Below, piece by piece: positions 62,635 through 64,000 of a DNA stretch of 64,000 bases. This DNA is from Amoebidium appalachense (lineage: Eukaryota; Protista; Ichthyosporea), in assembly GCA_963693365.1 (NCBI GenBank), contig CAVNZM010000005.1, forward strand, positions 9,094,334 to 9,158,333. The letters are read 5' to 3'. Under the pieces are notes generated by a model, which had not been told where the DNA came from, did no database searches, and was given only the letters and a program-made list of their open reading frames with translations. Each line of letters begins with the position of its first letter. Position 1 is the stretch's first letter. The position numbers and the translations under genes are program-made.

Positions 62635-63191
62635 TGTGAGTGCCTAACATATATAGTTAGAAAACAACCCGCCTTCATGAAAAATGTGCAGCGCAGTTTT
62701 GTCCGGACACGTGTGTGGCATGCCGTGTGTACATGGTATAGCTCGGCCACACGATCTTAGGTGCCCAATAGGCAGATCAAGCCCACTCAATCCAGATAGA
62801 TATCGATCTGAGCGGCGCCAGAAAGTATTCGAGCCGTGCGATCCCGTAAGGAATCGAGTAGAATTAATGAGGAATGTAGGTTACTATATTTGGGAAACTA
62901 TAACGAGATATGATTGGACAACGTATTTAGACATGAACGCAAACAACAATACCTGTGTGCGGGCTAAATGGCTCGATGTGTACACAGATCTAAGATATCT
63001 GTGCACACGGAAACGGAAAGGAAAGAAAGAAAGGAAGAAAGGAAAGGAAACGAACTACAACAAACTAATAAACATGTGTAAAACTCAACTTCTAAGTCTT
63101 GCCGTTAACCATGGGTAGATGACAGGGGGAGGGCTCTATTAATCATATTTTTCCCCTCTTTTTTTTTGTCCTGTTTGGAAAGGGGGAAAGT

Positions 63192-63248
<57 letters not shown>

Positions 63249-64000
63249 GGAATATATTTAGTCATTAATTCTAAGTCGCGCGCTAATAATATATTGCGTC
63301 ATTCTTTCAACATAACAGCTGCAGCGAGTAGCATATCGTGTTTGCAGAAGAACACAGGGACACTCGTACGGGGAGCCCCTACGTTTCATAAGTAATTTAA
63401 CGTAATAACTTATTAACTTTTATAATACAAAAAGTCTTGCTATTACTGAATAATATGAATGGGCCGGCATAGTGATAGCCAAGGTGGATGTACTGACCAT
63501 ATATCATAAGTAAATTGCCCGCCGTATACGTGGTACAGTGTAGTCTGCTGTAGTGTATATATACCAACACCTTGCTCAGCAATTGGTCGTATTCTGTTGT
63601 TAGTCTAAAGTTAAATAGTATGCCATTTTTCATAGCTATATACTTGATATTTTATGGGGTCTCCATGTGTAAGAGTCGTGTGTCCCAGTGCAGACAACTA
63701 GAGTCATTCATAACTCATATAAACATACTGTACTATGGCTGTTTTCCGGAGTCATAATATTATGTCGTTGGCATGGATGAGCCTCGTGGTACTATGGTCT
63801 TATTTATACAACGTTTCGGGCAGTCTCATACGGTACTTCTATTTTTCGACTGTCTTGTTTTTTTATCCCCCTTTTTGTTTCCGGGGAAAGGGGCGGAGGG
63901 GGGGGGGGGGGGGGGGGGGGGGAGGGGAGGGGGGGAGGGGGGAGGGAAGGGGGGGGAGAGAGGGCGGGGGAGAGGAGGGGGAGGGCTAAAGGGTTCCTCG

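Larger units (their letters stand above)
59616..62846. mobile_element. 3.2 kb TIR DNA transposon, ISL2EU/PIF-Harbinger-related, with two convergent genes
   Basis: Absent from unit A at ~53600-53620; ends TA-CGGGATCG...CGATCCCG-TA; second inverted block CTTTCTGGCGCCGC (~59647) / GCGGCGCCAGAAAG (62812-62825). Confidence 0.9.

Overview
Intron-rich eukaryotic genomic DNA, probably from a unicellular opisthokont (inference). It is saturated with poly-C/poly-G runs and (CA)n/(GT)n/(CT)n microsatellites, and these generate most of the spurious ORFs in the track. Spliced host genes reconstructed by eye are a 13-exon SPPL3-type intramembrane protease (+), a 3-exon HD phosphohydrolase (-) and a 13-exon RNA 3'-phosphate cyclase (+); the last two sit head-to-head. 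There is also an orphan single-exon ORF and three copies of a secreted Trp/Gly/Cys-rich protein, two of them in a ~6 kb tandem duplication. Mobile DNA includes: (i) a 6-exon, ~1540 aa DDE-type transposase-like gene (DUF6729-like) with a WRN-like 3'-5' exonuclease inserted inside its catalytic core; (ii) a 3.2 kb TIR element, with its empty site visible in the sister duplicate, carrying a THAP plus ISL2EU/Harbinger-type transposase remnant convergent with an EXO1/XPG-family nuclease; (iii) several MITE-like elements; (iv) the 3' end of a chromodomain Gypsy element. The two exonuclease-carrying DNA transposons are the best novelty candidates. All calls come from manual reading; no searches were run.
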